Shown one piece after another: positions 12,750 through 25,100 of a DNA stretch of 64,000 nt. The position numbers and the translations under genes were made by a program. Under the pieces are notes generated by a model, which was given only the letters and a program-made list of their open reading frames with translations, did no database searches and was not told the DNA's origin. The DNA is from Amphiscolops sp. MND2022. Its lineage: Eukaryota. Position 1 is the stretch's first letter. Each line of letters begins with the position of its first letter. The stretch spans positions 27,900,001 through 27,964,000 of the forward strand of contig OZ076409.1 of NCBI GenBank assembly GCA_964187785.1, written 5' to 3'.

Positions 12750-13308
12750 TGAAAAAATTTATGTCCAAGAAATATTATATTGTCGAATTTTTGTTTTTAT
12801 CAAACAGAACAAAATTCTGTAACAAGCAAATCAATGCTGGTGTCAACAATTTAATCGGTACTAAATGTCAGGATTGTTCAAATTGGCAATTGAAGCAATG
12901 TTTGATTTCATGGATTGGTCGAATTGTGTTCTCCCTGACTGGGAGTCCTCATATATACATCTAGAATTGCATAACACGCAAAGTAATAGCAGTCACGATA
13001 CTGAAAATAGCCCCAAAGTTGGAAAATGGCAACTCTTCTAGGGAAAACGCCCATTAGGGCTAAACATCCTTACGTCACTCAACAAGCTATATTTAGTAAC
13101 AAATCATGTCATGAGGTTGTCAAATGAGTGGGGACAAGGTGGCGCGCCTTTCATGTTGCATCATCTACATTCACTTCATATTGGTTTGTTTGCATTGTAG
13201 TAATCATAAACCAGCAGTCCAAAATACCTAGCTGAGACTAAATGAATGGAATAGTACTGCGCTATGATTTGTTAATTAGTTGGCAGACTACGCGTCCAAT
13301 TTGACCAG

Positions 13309-13755
13309 TGCGGCGGACAGTTTGAACGCGTTTTCTTTCAACTTAGCAGTTGCCGTTATGCTGTAACTTTTACATTCTATAGCAAAATCAAAGCATCAAG
13401 CTGTTCTGGTTTACATTGCATAAGCCTATATATGTACATGGGTATATATATAAATGTATGTATAAATAACAAAAATCAATAATCAACCTCAAATCAAATC
13501 CAAATCTTGCAAGTTAAGCATCAAAATGCCGTCGCGAATATACGTCGCAAGTAAGCAAGCGGACCTACGGTCCATAAAATTATAAAATTGTATCAGATCA
13601 GTTTATAAGAGCTGAAAGTTTATAAGAGTCTTTTTAACGTAGACTGATGGTCGATGCGGCCTATAGTGGCAATACTCCAGGGGGCAGGGGCTTACTGTCC
13701 AGATCATTAACTGCAACCTCGTATCTATTACCATCGCAGGAGGCAGCCTGCAACA
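13309..13755 (-). repeat. Probable 5' LTR of element A
   Basis: The right 285 bp match the window start. The left boundary is inferred from TG at 13309 and the adjacent PBS-like TGG on the minus strand; it cannot be confirmed because the partner LTR leaves the window. Confidence 0.7.
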
Positions 13756-14537
13756 ACGGAAAATGTGGAAAAATTCTCAGTATTGTATTTAAGCAGTCAG
13801 CTCTTCGAATTAACAACTTTTCATTAAATTACCCTCAAGAGAATGAAATTATAACGAGCTCGATTGGGACAGATGACACCTAATTTACACACTGCGGAAA
13901 TTGAAAAAATTCAAAAATTCAATTACGATACAGCAAATTTTGGGCTGAGACATTACAAAAATTGTGAAGTGAACATTTTGAAGAAGTAAGAGTCAAAACA
14001 ATTTGATTTGGTTAAATGTTTTCTATATGTTGTCCATAAGGACAAGATAGATGCAGAGAAAAGCTTGTAGTTATGAAATAGATTAATTGCGCATAGTTTT
14101 GTGTAATTGTTCATGAACCATGTTACTTGTGTTTATTATTGCTCTTCATTCTCCCCTCTTTTATTCATCCCCCCCTCCAATGAGTAACCGTCGCTGTCTT
14201 GATTGGCTTGGCAGTGATTTGTTCATGGTCCGTCGATAGTTTCTTTTGAATTCCGCGAGGTGCTAATTTTCTTCCTGTTGGTGGGCTTTTTAAGTTTTTT
14301 GGTCGGTTCACTAGTCGCCTCCGCTGTCTTTTTCCGGAGCTATCACTGTGGTTTCTACCAAAGGTGAGACTTTTAAACGTTGTTTCTTGTGATCATTTGG
14401 GTTAACTGAAATAATTATTCTAACAATTGGGTTAGTTTTCAATATTAGTTTTGACCGGCGTAGGTTTTTTGCTTGTGATTCTGGTTCTTTTTGAAATTCT
14501 GTAATTGAACTAAATAAAGTTACTCCTTGATTGTAAT

Positions 14538-15347
14538 CCCTGGTCGAGAAAAAATGCGTTCCTTGCAAGGATCTTGCAAGATCCTTGTAAAAATGCAATT
14601 ACTTGTAAGATCTTGCAAGGAAATTTGTCCCTTGCAAGATCTTGCAAGGAAATGTTTTCCTTGAAAGATCTTGCAAGGAAATGTTTTCCTTGAAAGATCT
14701 TGCAAGGAAATTTTTTCCTTGAAAGATCTTGCAAGGAAATGCTTTCCTTGCAAGATTCTTGAGTTCAATGTACTTCATACTGAGAAACTATGTTAACGTA
14801 GTCGTGATTTGAGAATAATGTCAAAAACGTTAATAACTATTATCTCAGAAGGGTAATTTAACAAATTGGAAAATAATTTCAATCGAAAAATTATGCACAG
14901 TCTAATTTCAAATCAATAACTGATACATAACACAATTCATTGGAAAAAGTTTTCAGAATACTCTGAGACTGTATTTTAAATGTTGCGTCACTGAAATGTA
15001 CTACTACTTTTCAAATAATTTCACTAAGATCACACTTTTAGAGATATTTTCTAGAGTTTGCATCTTTTTGGAGATTGAATCCTCTAGTAAACAAACCCCG
15101 TTCTGTGACAGAATCTAATAGTCACGATGCAGTAGTCAACTTGAAGTCAAAAACAATGAATATAAAAAATGAAAAAAATTGTCGAGAACCTTCCACGAAA
15201 TTTTTCTCCTTGGAAAAATCTTGCAAGGAAATTTTTTTTCTTGCAAGATTCTTGCAAGATGTCTTGCAGAAAAATGCATTATCTTGCAAGACCTTGAAAG
15301 AAAATCTTGCAAGATCCTTGCAAGGAACGCATTTTTTTCAACCAGGG
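14538..15347. mobile_element. Non-autonomous DNA transposon (MITE) with ~45-bp TIRs and CTTGCAAG subterminal arrays
   Basis: CCCTGGTCGAGAAAAAATGCGTTCCTTGCAAGGATCTTGCAAGAT at 14538 versus its reverse complement ending CCAGGG at 15347 (1 mismatch, 1 gap); AT flanks both ends; five 29-bp units at 14602-14746. Confidence 0.85.
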
Positions 15348-15419
15348 ATTCCAATAAATCATGTAGGTTTTCTATCTTCCGTTCAAATTGGTTGCAGAGG
15401 GCCTTACCGTTCGACTCTG

Positions 15420-18100
15420 TAATTTGTATTTCTTGATTGGAAGTGTAAGCATCTCTGATTGCTTGGTATATGTCGACCTCTTGCCTATGATTCGTTACAA
15501 TAGTCTGTTACAATGATCCGTCACAATGATCCGTTACAATGGTCAGTGGCCCTACGATTGTGCTTGACGCGGTATCTTCTTCCGAGATGATGTTGTTGTC
15601 TTCCGGATTAACCGAGACGTACTCTGTCTAAAGTGCTTTTGGTCTTGGCTCGAATGTCGCTTGGCTGAGGTATTGTTGTTCCGGTAAAAATACCAGTCGA
15701 CTGAAATGGTTCCTATCTCTCCGGTGATTAGCAACTTATTTGGTGTGTCTTTCTTGGCGAAATTTCCAGCTGGCCGTCTCGCCCGGTACCTCTGTTAGTT
15801 GGTTTCTGTTCAACGAATGGATTTCCCTATTACTTTACGGATTTTTATAATCAGATGTATAGACGGTAAGTTGTCCCAATATCGCTGTTTGGGAATGATT
15901 GATTTGATAACGGCTTTCAACGTTCTCTCCTTGGTGATTTCGTCAAAGAGTTAATCCGACTTTTACGTACTGCTTTTGAACCTTTTTTCGTTTCTTTCAT
16001 TGTTAGATGGTCGAATCTACCGCCTTCTCCACTGAACTTGGAACATGAAAAGTATCCAGTTTTGCTAAACACAATCTCTTTTTAATTGATTAACCGTATT
16101 TATGTTTGGACTACATCATGTTGGTCAGTTCAGTGATAGGATTGCTGTCGAAATACGGTTCAAACGCAGATTATTCAGTCTAGTTACGGGGTGTTTCGCA
16201 TTCCGTTTAGTTGATTCGTGCTACTTTTCCACTTGCCGTTGGCTAGTCAGGAGATTCCTGACCATCGCCCCATCAGGTCCACGTTTTCTTGGGATGTGTT
16301 CATCCATGAAGATATTCTACAGTTCTCGCGTCCATACTTTTGGAGTTGTGGTTAATCTTTTTCAGCCTGCTACTGTTTTCAATGCGATTAAGGCAAACTA
16401 TGGCGGTTTTCTCAACGCCTGAAGTCTGATAAGCGTGTTGTTCAATTTAGCCGCGTGATTGACTGGAATGGTTGCTAAGGGAACCGAACTTTGAAGAAAA
16501 ATGTAATGCGGGACTTATTGTAAAGACGCCAGTTTTTTTCTTGCTGAAGATCTGAACTATCGTAGGTTGAAGAAGCGATTACGATTCTGGGTATTACTTA
16601 CTGGGCCATCTTCATGCAGGTCATAATTCTACTAAAGTCAAGTGCCCTTGATTTTCTACAAAGTTAATCCATGATTGCTAAATGCTGGTCTGCCATATGG
16701 TTTACAATAATCCGGAAGTGCGTTAAACAGGTCAACAACGCGCTTCAGTCAACAGGTCAACAAATGCGTTAAACAGGTCAACGACAGGTGCGTTAAACAA
16801 GCGAGCTAATCGTACGCTGTGGGTTGTGACGCAGCGATTGCGTTTAAATAACAGTTCTATCGGTGGTCGGTCCAATGTTTTAATGCACTTCAAAACCGTC
16901 AGGATGAAAACGTTCGAGGCCCCATTCAACTGCGAAACTTTCAAATTCATTGATAGCGTACTTTTTCTCGATCTCGATTGCCATAAAAATCTGCAAAAGC
17001 TATGAGGTCTAATTCGGGGTCTGGTTAGTTTTGCAACATTACGACGCATATCCCTACACTTTTTGAAAACTGCGGAATTGACTGCTAACCGCAGGTAGCA
17101 CCTATCAGACCTGGAATCCGCTGTTTAAAATGACGGATTTCAAAGACACACTTTATAACATGTGCAGCGGATTCCGCTTGCAATTTTTTCTGGATTCCGG
17201 GGACAAATCTCTTTACGTTGAATGGGGTTGCTCCCAATCTTTTTTTGCTGGTTTGCGGTGTTAGCGCGTTCGGGACATTTGAAATATAAGTATTGTGTTT
17301 TCGTGATTTTTACCAGACCCGCAATTCAATTGCCCACACTTTTTACAGCAATTGCCTCTGTAGGTCTGTGTTTGCAAAGTTTCCTATGTACTTGTTTCGC
17401 TCGCAAGATGGATTGTAACCTACTTTTTGGTACTTTCAATGCTTGAATTGTTCGAGTTTGTTTTTCAACAGTGTAACACCGTTTTGGCTTTTACAATGCC
17501 TCGCCAATTTTTTAAAAAAATTTGAAATCAATCTTGTTGTGACTTGATTTGTTATCTGCTTTTTAAAATTTTTTTGAGCACTTCTGGTAATTCACCCCAA
17601 TTGTGTTCTTCTGTTCCTTTCGTTATCGCTAAGATGTCATCTAGCTACGTCGGATGCTTATTCTCTAGTCCATCTTTTCTTGAAACATGTTCAGTGTGTC
17701 AGTCAGTACGTATAAGAATGTTTCAAATCTGTAGTAACCGGTGAAGTTTCCACCGGTGATTTCGAAAATGCATAGGTCCATTACTTCTCGGGGTAGAGGT
17801 AGTTGCCTAAATGCAACGTGTAAATTGAACTTGGAGATCCAGATCTCGTCGGCGGCACCGGTCGCTATTCTCGAAATACGTGACACCAATTCCTCCCTAT
17901 TCGGCATATGGAGCTCAATTGCTTTCCTCGTCAAAGTTGTTTTTTAACCTTTCGTGAGTCTAATGATGTTTTTACCTATAAATCATTTTACAGTTATCAC
18001 TGCTGTGCTGAAGAAACAGTTTTCATCAATGTTAGCTGCTTTTCCAAAATGGCCCGCTTTTTTCAGATTTCCTATTTTCTCACCGATTGCTGATTGTAAA
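15420..18100 (-). pseudogene. Highly decayed Gypsy (Mag-like) pol remnant, RT part clearest
   Basis: ORF 17665-17934 MPNREELVSRIS...EIWISKFNLHVAFRQLPL...CIFEITGGNFTGYYRF aligns by eye with the RT of the element at 58351-59982 (MPNMEELISKIS...EIWMSKIDLDYAY...CVFSIIGADFTGHYRF); the integrase-side assignment at 15400-16400 is weak. Confidence 0.6.
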
Positions 18101-20085
18101 TGTATTGGTATCGGTCGGCCCTTTTTACCTACGTAACTTACGCTATACCAGTTAATAGAGGTTATTTGGAAGTTATCTACTTGTTTTCATGACAGGTCAT
18201 GCTTTATCAATCACAACAGCGCAAAACAATTTTCAGTTCGAATTGCCTGCCGAAATTGTGCTATCTGCAGTTCATCTTTCGAATGTTTGATGTTTGGCTA
18301 GCCTAATCTCCAAGCAGCAACTCAATTAACTAGTACACCTACTTTAACCTAGAAAATGATTGATTTTTTACTGTATTGTTTTACAAGGTGATCCAACAAA
18401 CACGAACTGAAATTTTTCGAGTGCTCAAAATTTGAAATCGTTGTCAATAAATGTTCCGAAGAAAGTTTTAACTTTGCATCTATTTTGACAAACCTTCTTC
18501 GGAAAAAACTCAAATTCACAACATCACAGTGACACAAAAATGACTGGTAAAGACGCCAGTTTTTTCTTGCTGAAGATCTGAACTATCGTTGGTTGAAGAA
18601 GCGATTACGTTTTAAAAGTGTGATTAACAGCAAAATTTGTCAACTTTTTCAATAGCAACTAGTAATATTTTTAAGACAAGAATAGCAGTGCGTTCCGTTT
18701 TGTTTTCGATTCAAAGGTACAAACAATCTAATAGTTGTCTCAAAAAACAGAACCCACGGAATTTTGTTAACTTCGGAATTGAAATAGTGTCATTAAGCCA
18801 CTGAAATTCTGTTAAATTTCTTGTCAATCATAAAAATGAATCACTTAATGCGTAACCGAAGCTAATGAAAAATTGAGAAAGTCTATATAACTTTGAAGTC
18901 GAAATTCAGTTTCAATCTTGACTTCGTTGAGTAAACTTGCTGCAGATGGGTATTTGACACACTGGGATAGAATTTTCAGAAAAGTTGCTGACTATTATTT
19001 CGGAACATCAGTGCTCGGAAGCTTTCATTTGCATGGGTCACCTGTTAGTGCCGAAAACAAAGCAACAATTTTTCTAATGTATCAAGTTTGAGCAGCTTCG
19101 AAATCCTAAGTGAACCAAAGAAACGGATAACTCAAAATAATCACTCTTCAAAATAAGTTATGTGTGCAAACAAAACACATAATAATTATTTCACCCTCTC
19201 ATTATGTAATCAAATCTTTACCAAAGAATAATCCGAACTTCCAGAAAAACTTGAACGTCTTTACCAGCCATTTCGATATACTTTTGATGTGTAAAAGTTT
19301 TTTGACTTCGAAGAAAAGTTGTTAATTCGAATGACTGACAAGCGGAATTACAATGTTCGAAGTTGTTTCTAAGCATTTGTTGACAAACAGCAGAAACTTG
19401 AGAACTTAAATTATTTCATGCGTTCCGTTTTTATGATTCACGTAGTACGATACCTCACAACAATTGAAAAATAGTTTTTTTCTTCAAATACCATTTTTGT
19501 TTTCATGTAAAGAAGAGATGAGATTCCATTGGAAAAATTTTACACCAACAAATTGTTCTACACATTATTGGCAATTTACTGCCTTTATTGTGAAAAATGT
19601 GCCCGACAACAAAAGCGACTGTTTTTTTTCATCACAGGACAGAATTAATTTTAATGGTTTCAGCAGACTTTATCCACATTGCTTGCTTGGCTCAGTGATT
19701 TTTGCGCCTGCACTGAAACCTTGAGCGCTGACTTTGAAGGAAGAAAGTTAATTTCCCCATTTCCGCGGGGTGGGCGCCTAAAAGGCAGTTTTTGCTTTTC
19801 AAAGTCGGCGCCCTTTCGGATACTATCTCCCCATAGGAAGCTATGGAACCATATTTGCAGCCAAATGGTCCAGCAAAAGTCGGCTTGAAGATGTGGTTTC
19901 AAAAAGATTCGCTCAAGGCCACAAAGATCTGACGGCTCGATGTTGCTTCTTTAGTTTTTGCATTTCTCCGCCAAATGCGTTATTTTTTCCCATGACAAAA
20001 CCACTACGCTAGAGACTAAAGACTTGCTCAATGTCCTACGATGGTGAGTTGAGAGAGACTCGAATCTGATACCACCCCCGGGGTG

Positions 20086-20468
20086 ATTAAAGCGCGACGA
20101 TAGTTCTGCAGTTAAAACTGACAGTTCTGCATTAGTTGCTTCCAAAGACAAGGCCATGATTGAAGTTTCATTGTGAAAACTACGAAACGCAGTGTCACAC
20201 GATACGTATTGTATACTTTTACAAGATGCCCTTACGGGGAGCATGGTGTAGTTGTTGAAGCATTCGGCCTGATAGGCCCTATCAGGCCGAACGCTTCAAC
20301 AACTACACCATGCTCCCCGTAAGGGCATCTTGTAAAAGTATACAATACGTATCGTGTGACACTGCGTTTCGTAGTTTTCACAATGAAACTTCAATCATGG
20401 CCTTGTCGTTGGAAGCAACTAATGCAGAACTGTCAGTTTTAACTGCAGAACTATCGTCGCGCTTTAAT
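20086..20468. repeat. Near-perfect 383-bp palindrome (191-bp arms, 1-nt spacer)
   Basis: The same peptide MLPVRASCKSIQYVSCDTAF... is encoded on both strands; centre GATAGG-C-CCTATC at 20271-20283; two mismatches between arms. Confidence 0.97.
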
Positions 20469-20579
20469 GTATCCAGTTATAACTGGGTGTCTTAGTATGT
20501 TAAAACTTGGTATGTCTGAATGTTTCTGTACAAGGTTTTCATATTTTGTTCACTCTGAATGAAGTCCGCGATGAAGTTG

Positions 20580-21251
20580 TAAAGGCTGAGTCTAGTAGCT
20601 AATGCGTCCGAACCGTCGGCCTGTCCCTGGGATAATTCTAATTTGCAAAAAAAATGTAAAGTTCCCGGAAACTACAAATCCGTGATGAAAACTGAATATT
20701 TCCAAATCTTAAAAACACTCACAACTTGCTTTAAAAAAGTCAATTTTCCGTTCGAATATGGTTACACGACTTTTTAGGTACATCGATTAATAGAGTAAAC
20801 AATACAGGAGCAAATATTTATGCGTAAATATGAAGTTGTGAGAGTATATCCGCTGATTTACAACAAGTAACTACACTTTCGTGATCAGTAAATACACTAT
20901 CTTGGGCACTTTCTGCCAGTGTAAGTAGGCTACTATTAGCTACAGATACTCAAATATGATTGCACAACATGATCACAAACAAATAAGAGGGCTGAAGTGG
21001 GTTAAACAGGAATTGGAGGGCAATATTTGCGATTAAAGTGATATCTTGATCGAAAAGTCCGAAAACCCCATAAAAACATTTCGAAAAAGTAGCTTCGATT
21101 TCTAGTTTTTTGTGCTAACTTGGTAGTTTGGCTCAAAAAAAGGGGATCACTGCTTTTCTGGGGTTGATTCTTCCATTGGGGTTGGAGTTATGGCTCTACA
21201 ATATCACCCAATTTTAGGTCTTGTTTCTGTACTGGTTTTCAGATATTTTCA
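20580..21251 (-). repeat. 3' LTR of left BEL copy
   Basis: Direct repeat of 30100-30770 (roughly 80-85%); minus strand starts TGAAAATATCTGAAAACCAG right after the integrase end. Confidence 0.85.
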
Positions 21252-22124
21252 TCGCCAGCCCTGTGTTTCTCTTGGGGAAGAACAGACCCAACGTTGTCCA
21301 ACACACGAGACAACTTAACTGTAAGTCGAGAAACAACTCCAAATTGGGTAAGGATGTCACAAGGTTGAATACTGCCATCATTTCCAACATGACACCTTTT
21401 GACTTTTCCAAGCCGGTAAAACCCCGTTTTTCACTATGGTCGATAATCCACACCAGATCATTTTTTCCCTTGCGGACGTTCCTTGTAGCATTTCTGGCGG
21501 ATATTATGCACTGCTACTCTTTCAGCCATCTTGACCATTTGTTGTCCATGTGAGCTTGAGCCACTCGGAACATCTTTCTGTGATTTTGGTACTTTTGCGC
21601 ATCTGGCAAATAAGGAATTGCGATACTCGGCCGGCCCAAAAAGAAAATGGTGAGGTGTCAAAGCCTCCATGTCGGAAGGATCATAAGTGTTAGGCATGAG
21701 CAGACGGCAAATAAGAAAATGCTGAGTGACACAAAGAACTGTAGCTAAAAGCTCGTCAGTAAGCATTTGACCATTCAGAACATGGTATGTGGCCTGTTTG
21801 CATGTCTTCAACATTCGCTGCCAAGAACCTCCGAAATGTGGCGCTGCTGCAACGTTGAATTTCCAAACGATCTTCATTTGAAAAATGTTTTCTTGGAAAT
21901 AGGAATTTTGCCGCATTGATGCAAACTGCTTCAGCTCGATGTTCGCACCAACGAAGTTTGTACAATTATCGCTCCAAATAGTTGATGTATGACCTTGTCT
22001 GGCTATAAATTGTGTAACTGCATTCTGACAAGTGTCAGTAATCAGCGAAAACACCATTTCGAGGTGTTTGGCCTCTGTAGACGCACGTAAAGACACACAC
22101 CCATCTTTTCAATGTCTTTCTCAT

Positions 22125-25100
22125 GTGTTCCCTCTCTGAGGGTCCGAAATACTCAACTCCAACATAAGTGAGACGGAAATCATTTTTCTCAACCCTTTCT
22201 CTTGGTAAGTCAGCCATAATTAAAAATTGGACAACGGCATTGTACATTCTACATGGAACGCAGCGAATTTTGATGCTCCGCATAGCGTTTCTGGGGCCCA
22301 GTTTACAGAATTTCTGTTGCAACCCATGGCGCATACTTTCAACGCCTTGGTGATAATTGTCCAAATGACACTTCAGCATCAAATGTTGTGATGCAGGATG
22401 TTTGGATGGTAGAAGGATGTTTAGTGTCGAATTCGAAAGCAGCTTCCCACAAACACCCACGTGCTCTCATAATACCCTGATTGTCGATGAACGGGCAAAG
22501 TTGTGCAACGTTTGATTTGGAAGATAACACTTTTCCATTGATTAATGCATCTTAATCAGTCGGGAAGGCTTCCTTTTGAATCAAAATTAGTATGATTCGC
22601 TCTGCATTGTGATATTTGTCCCATGAAACCATTCCTCTAACTTGATTGAATCGTCTCCACCGCAATATGCAGCAAATAGCATGAATTAATTTAGTCTAAG
22701 AACTAAATCGTTCCCATTGTATAGCAAGTGACTTGTTCGGCAAAAAAATAACTACTTGAGAGGTTTCTGAGGTGTCCTCAACAAAAGTGTTTGCAGCAAT
22801 AGCGTTTGGCATGTGAGCTTCGTTCTAACTCAACCACGCCATCCAGTTTATCCACACACTTGACGCAATTTCATTGGCTCTCATCCCTCGTGTGCCAAGA
22901 TCTGCTGGATTCTGCGCGCCAGGGATATGATTCTTTTCACGCAGTTTTGTGTTTTCCAAAATCTCTCTAATACGGTTCGCAACAAAAATTTGCTGCTTCT
23001 TGTCAAAAGCATTCAGCCATTGTATCACAGTTGAAGAATCGCTCCATATTAAACTTTGATCTATGGTAAAATCATGTTCCATGATGAATACTTTTACTTG
23101 TGACACATTAAGGGCTGCTTTCGAGTTCCAGCTTTGGAACTGTGGTAGTTTTGATAGGTGCCACTCTCGTTTTCCCCATGACGAAAAACTTTGACATTGT
23201 CATCTTTCTCAAACCTCATGTAAGCGACAACACAAAGTCCCATTTCTGATGTATCAACAAACACATGTAATTGTATATTACTACCACGCTGCCAGCCATA
23301 ATATCTGTCTATGGAGAGTTCCTTCAGTGCTAAAACTTCTGCTAGCCAGTGTTCCCTCTCTGAGGGTCCGAAATACTCAACTCCAACATAAGTGAGACGG
23401 AAATCAATTTTCTCAACCCTTTCTCTTGGTAAGTCAGCCAGAATTAAAAATTGGACAACGGCATTGTACTTTCTACATGGAACGCAGCGAATTTCGATGC
23501 TCCGCATAGCGTTTCTGAGGCCCAGTTTACAGAATTTCTGTTGCAACCCATGGCGCATACTTTCAACGCCTTGGTGATAAATGTCCAAATGACACTTCAG
23601 CATCAAATGTTGTGATGCAGGATGTTTGGATGGTAGAAGGATGTTTAGTGTCGAATTCGAAAGCAGCTTCCCACAAACACCCACGTGCTCTCATAATACC
23701 CTGATTGTCGATGAACGGGCAAAGTTGTGCAACGTTTGATTTGGAAGATAACACTTTTCCATTGATTAATGCATCTTAATCAGTCGGGAAGGCTTCCTTT
23801 TGAATCAAAATTAGTATGATTCGCTCTGCATTGTGATATTTGTCCCATGAAACCATTCCTCTAACTTGATTGAATCGTCTCCACCGCAATATGCAGCAAA
23901 TAGCATGAATTAATTTAGTCTAAGAACTAAATCGTTCCCATTGTATAGCAAGTGACTTGTTCGGCAAAAAAATAACTACTGGAGAGGTTTCTGAGGTGTC
24001 CTCAACAAAAGTATTTGCAGCAATAGCGTTTGGCAAGTGAGCTTCGTTCTAACTCAACCACGCCATCCAGTTTATCCACATACTTGACGCAATTTCATTG
24101 GCTCTCATCCCTCGTGTGCCAAGATCTGCTGGATTCTGCGCGCCAGGGATATGATTCTATTCACGCAGTTTTGTGTTTTCCAAAATCTCTCTAATACGGT
24201 TCGCAACAAAAATTTGCTGCTTCTTGTCAAAAGCATTCAGCCATTGTATCACAGTAGAAGAATCGCTCCATATTAAACTTTGATCTATGGTAAAATCATG
24301 TTCCATGATGAATACTTTTACTTGTGACACATTAAGGGCTGCTTTCGAGTTCCAGCTTTGGAACTGTGGTAGTTTTGATAGGTGCCACTCTCGTTTTCCC
24401 CATGACGAAAAACTTTGACATTGTCATCTTTCTCAAACCTCATGTAAGCGACAACACAAAGTCCCATTTCTGATGTATCAACAAACACATGTAATTGTAT
24501 ATTACTACCACGCTGCCAGCCATAATATCTGTCTATGGAGAGTTCCTTCAGTGCTAAAACTTCTGCTAGCCAGTGTTCCCTCTCTGAGGGTCCGAAATAC
24601 TCAACTCCAACATAAGTGAGACGGAAATCAATTTTCTCAACCCTTTCTCTTGGTAAGTCAGCCATAATTAAAAATTGGACAACGGCATTGTACTTTCTAC
24701 ATGGAACGCAGCGAATTTCGATGCTCCGCATAGCGTTTCTGAGGCCCAGTTTACAGAATTTCTGTTGCAACCCATGGCGCATACTTTCAACGCCTTGGTG
24801 ATAAATGTCCAAATGACACTTCAGCATCAAATGTTGTGATGCAGGATGTTTGGATGGTAGAAGGATGTTTAGTGTCGAATTCGAAAGCAGCTTCCCACAA
24901 ACACCCACGTGCTCTCATAATACCCTGATTGTCGATGAACGGGCAAAGCTGTGCAACGTTTGATTTGGAAGATAACACTTTTCCATTGATTAATGCATCT
25001 TAATCAGTCGGGAAGGCTTCCTTTTGAATCAAAATTAGTATGATTCGCTCTGCATTGTGATATTTGTCCCATGAAACCATTCCTCTAACTTGATTGAATC

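Larger units (their letters stand above)
5112..13307. repeat. Tandem duplication, 2 copies of ~4.1 kb (5112-9212 and 9215-13307)
   Basis: Identical ORF sets at offset 4103 (5788/9891) then 4095 (7103/11198); an 8-bp deletion near 10440 frameshifts the protease of copy 2; about 1% substitutions by eye. Confidence 0.97.
1..13755 (-). mobile_element. Ty3/Gypsy LTR retrotransposon A (decayed; 3' LTR runs off the window start; internal 4.1-kb duplication)
   Basis: Direct repeat 1-285 = 13471-13755 (10 mismatches counted) ending in CA (minus-strand start TG). Purine-rich GATGGGAG immediately precedes the left copy on the minus strand. Between the repeats lie minus-strand gag, PR, RT, RH and IN fragments in Gypsy order. 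Confidence 0.85.

Noticed and set aside
14602-14760. Regular 29-bp repeats resembling a CRISPR array
   Set aside because: Units are contiguous with no unique spacers, lie inside a TIR element, and no cas genes are present.
16520-16583. 64-bp copy of 18547-18609 (also inverted near 38380-38443)
   Set aside because: Real, but too short to assign; probably a fragment of a dispersed repeat.
16720-16800. Short GCGTTAAACAGGTCAAC repeats
   Set aside because: Two or three degenerate copies, consistent with local slippage.
20086-20468. Classifying the hairpin as Kolobok or piggyBac from its TTAA ends
   Set aside because: In a palindrome TTAA at one end is automatically mirrored, so it is not independent TSD evidence.
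23094-24908. 196-aa IN/RNase H fusion ORFs as functional new proteins
   Set aside because: They are by-products of an in-frame duplication in a pol already riddled with stops and frameshifts; no catalytic set is complete.
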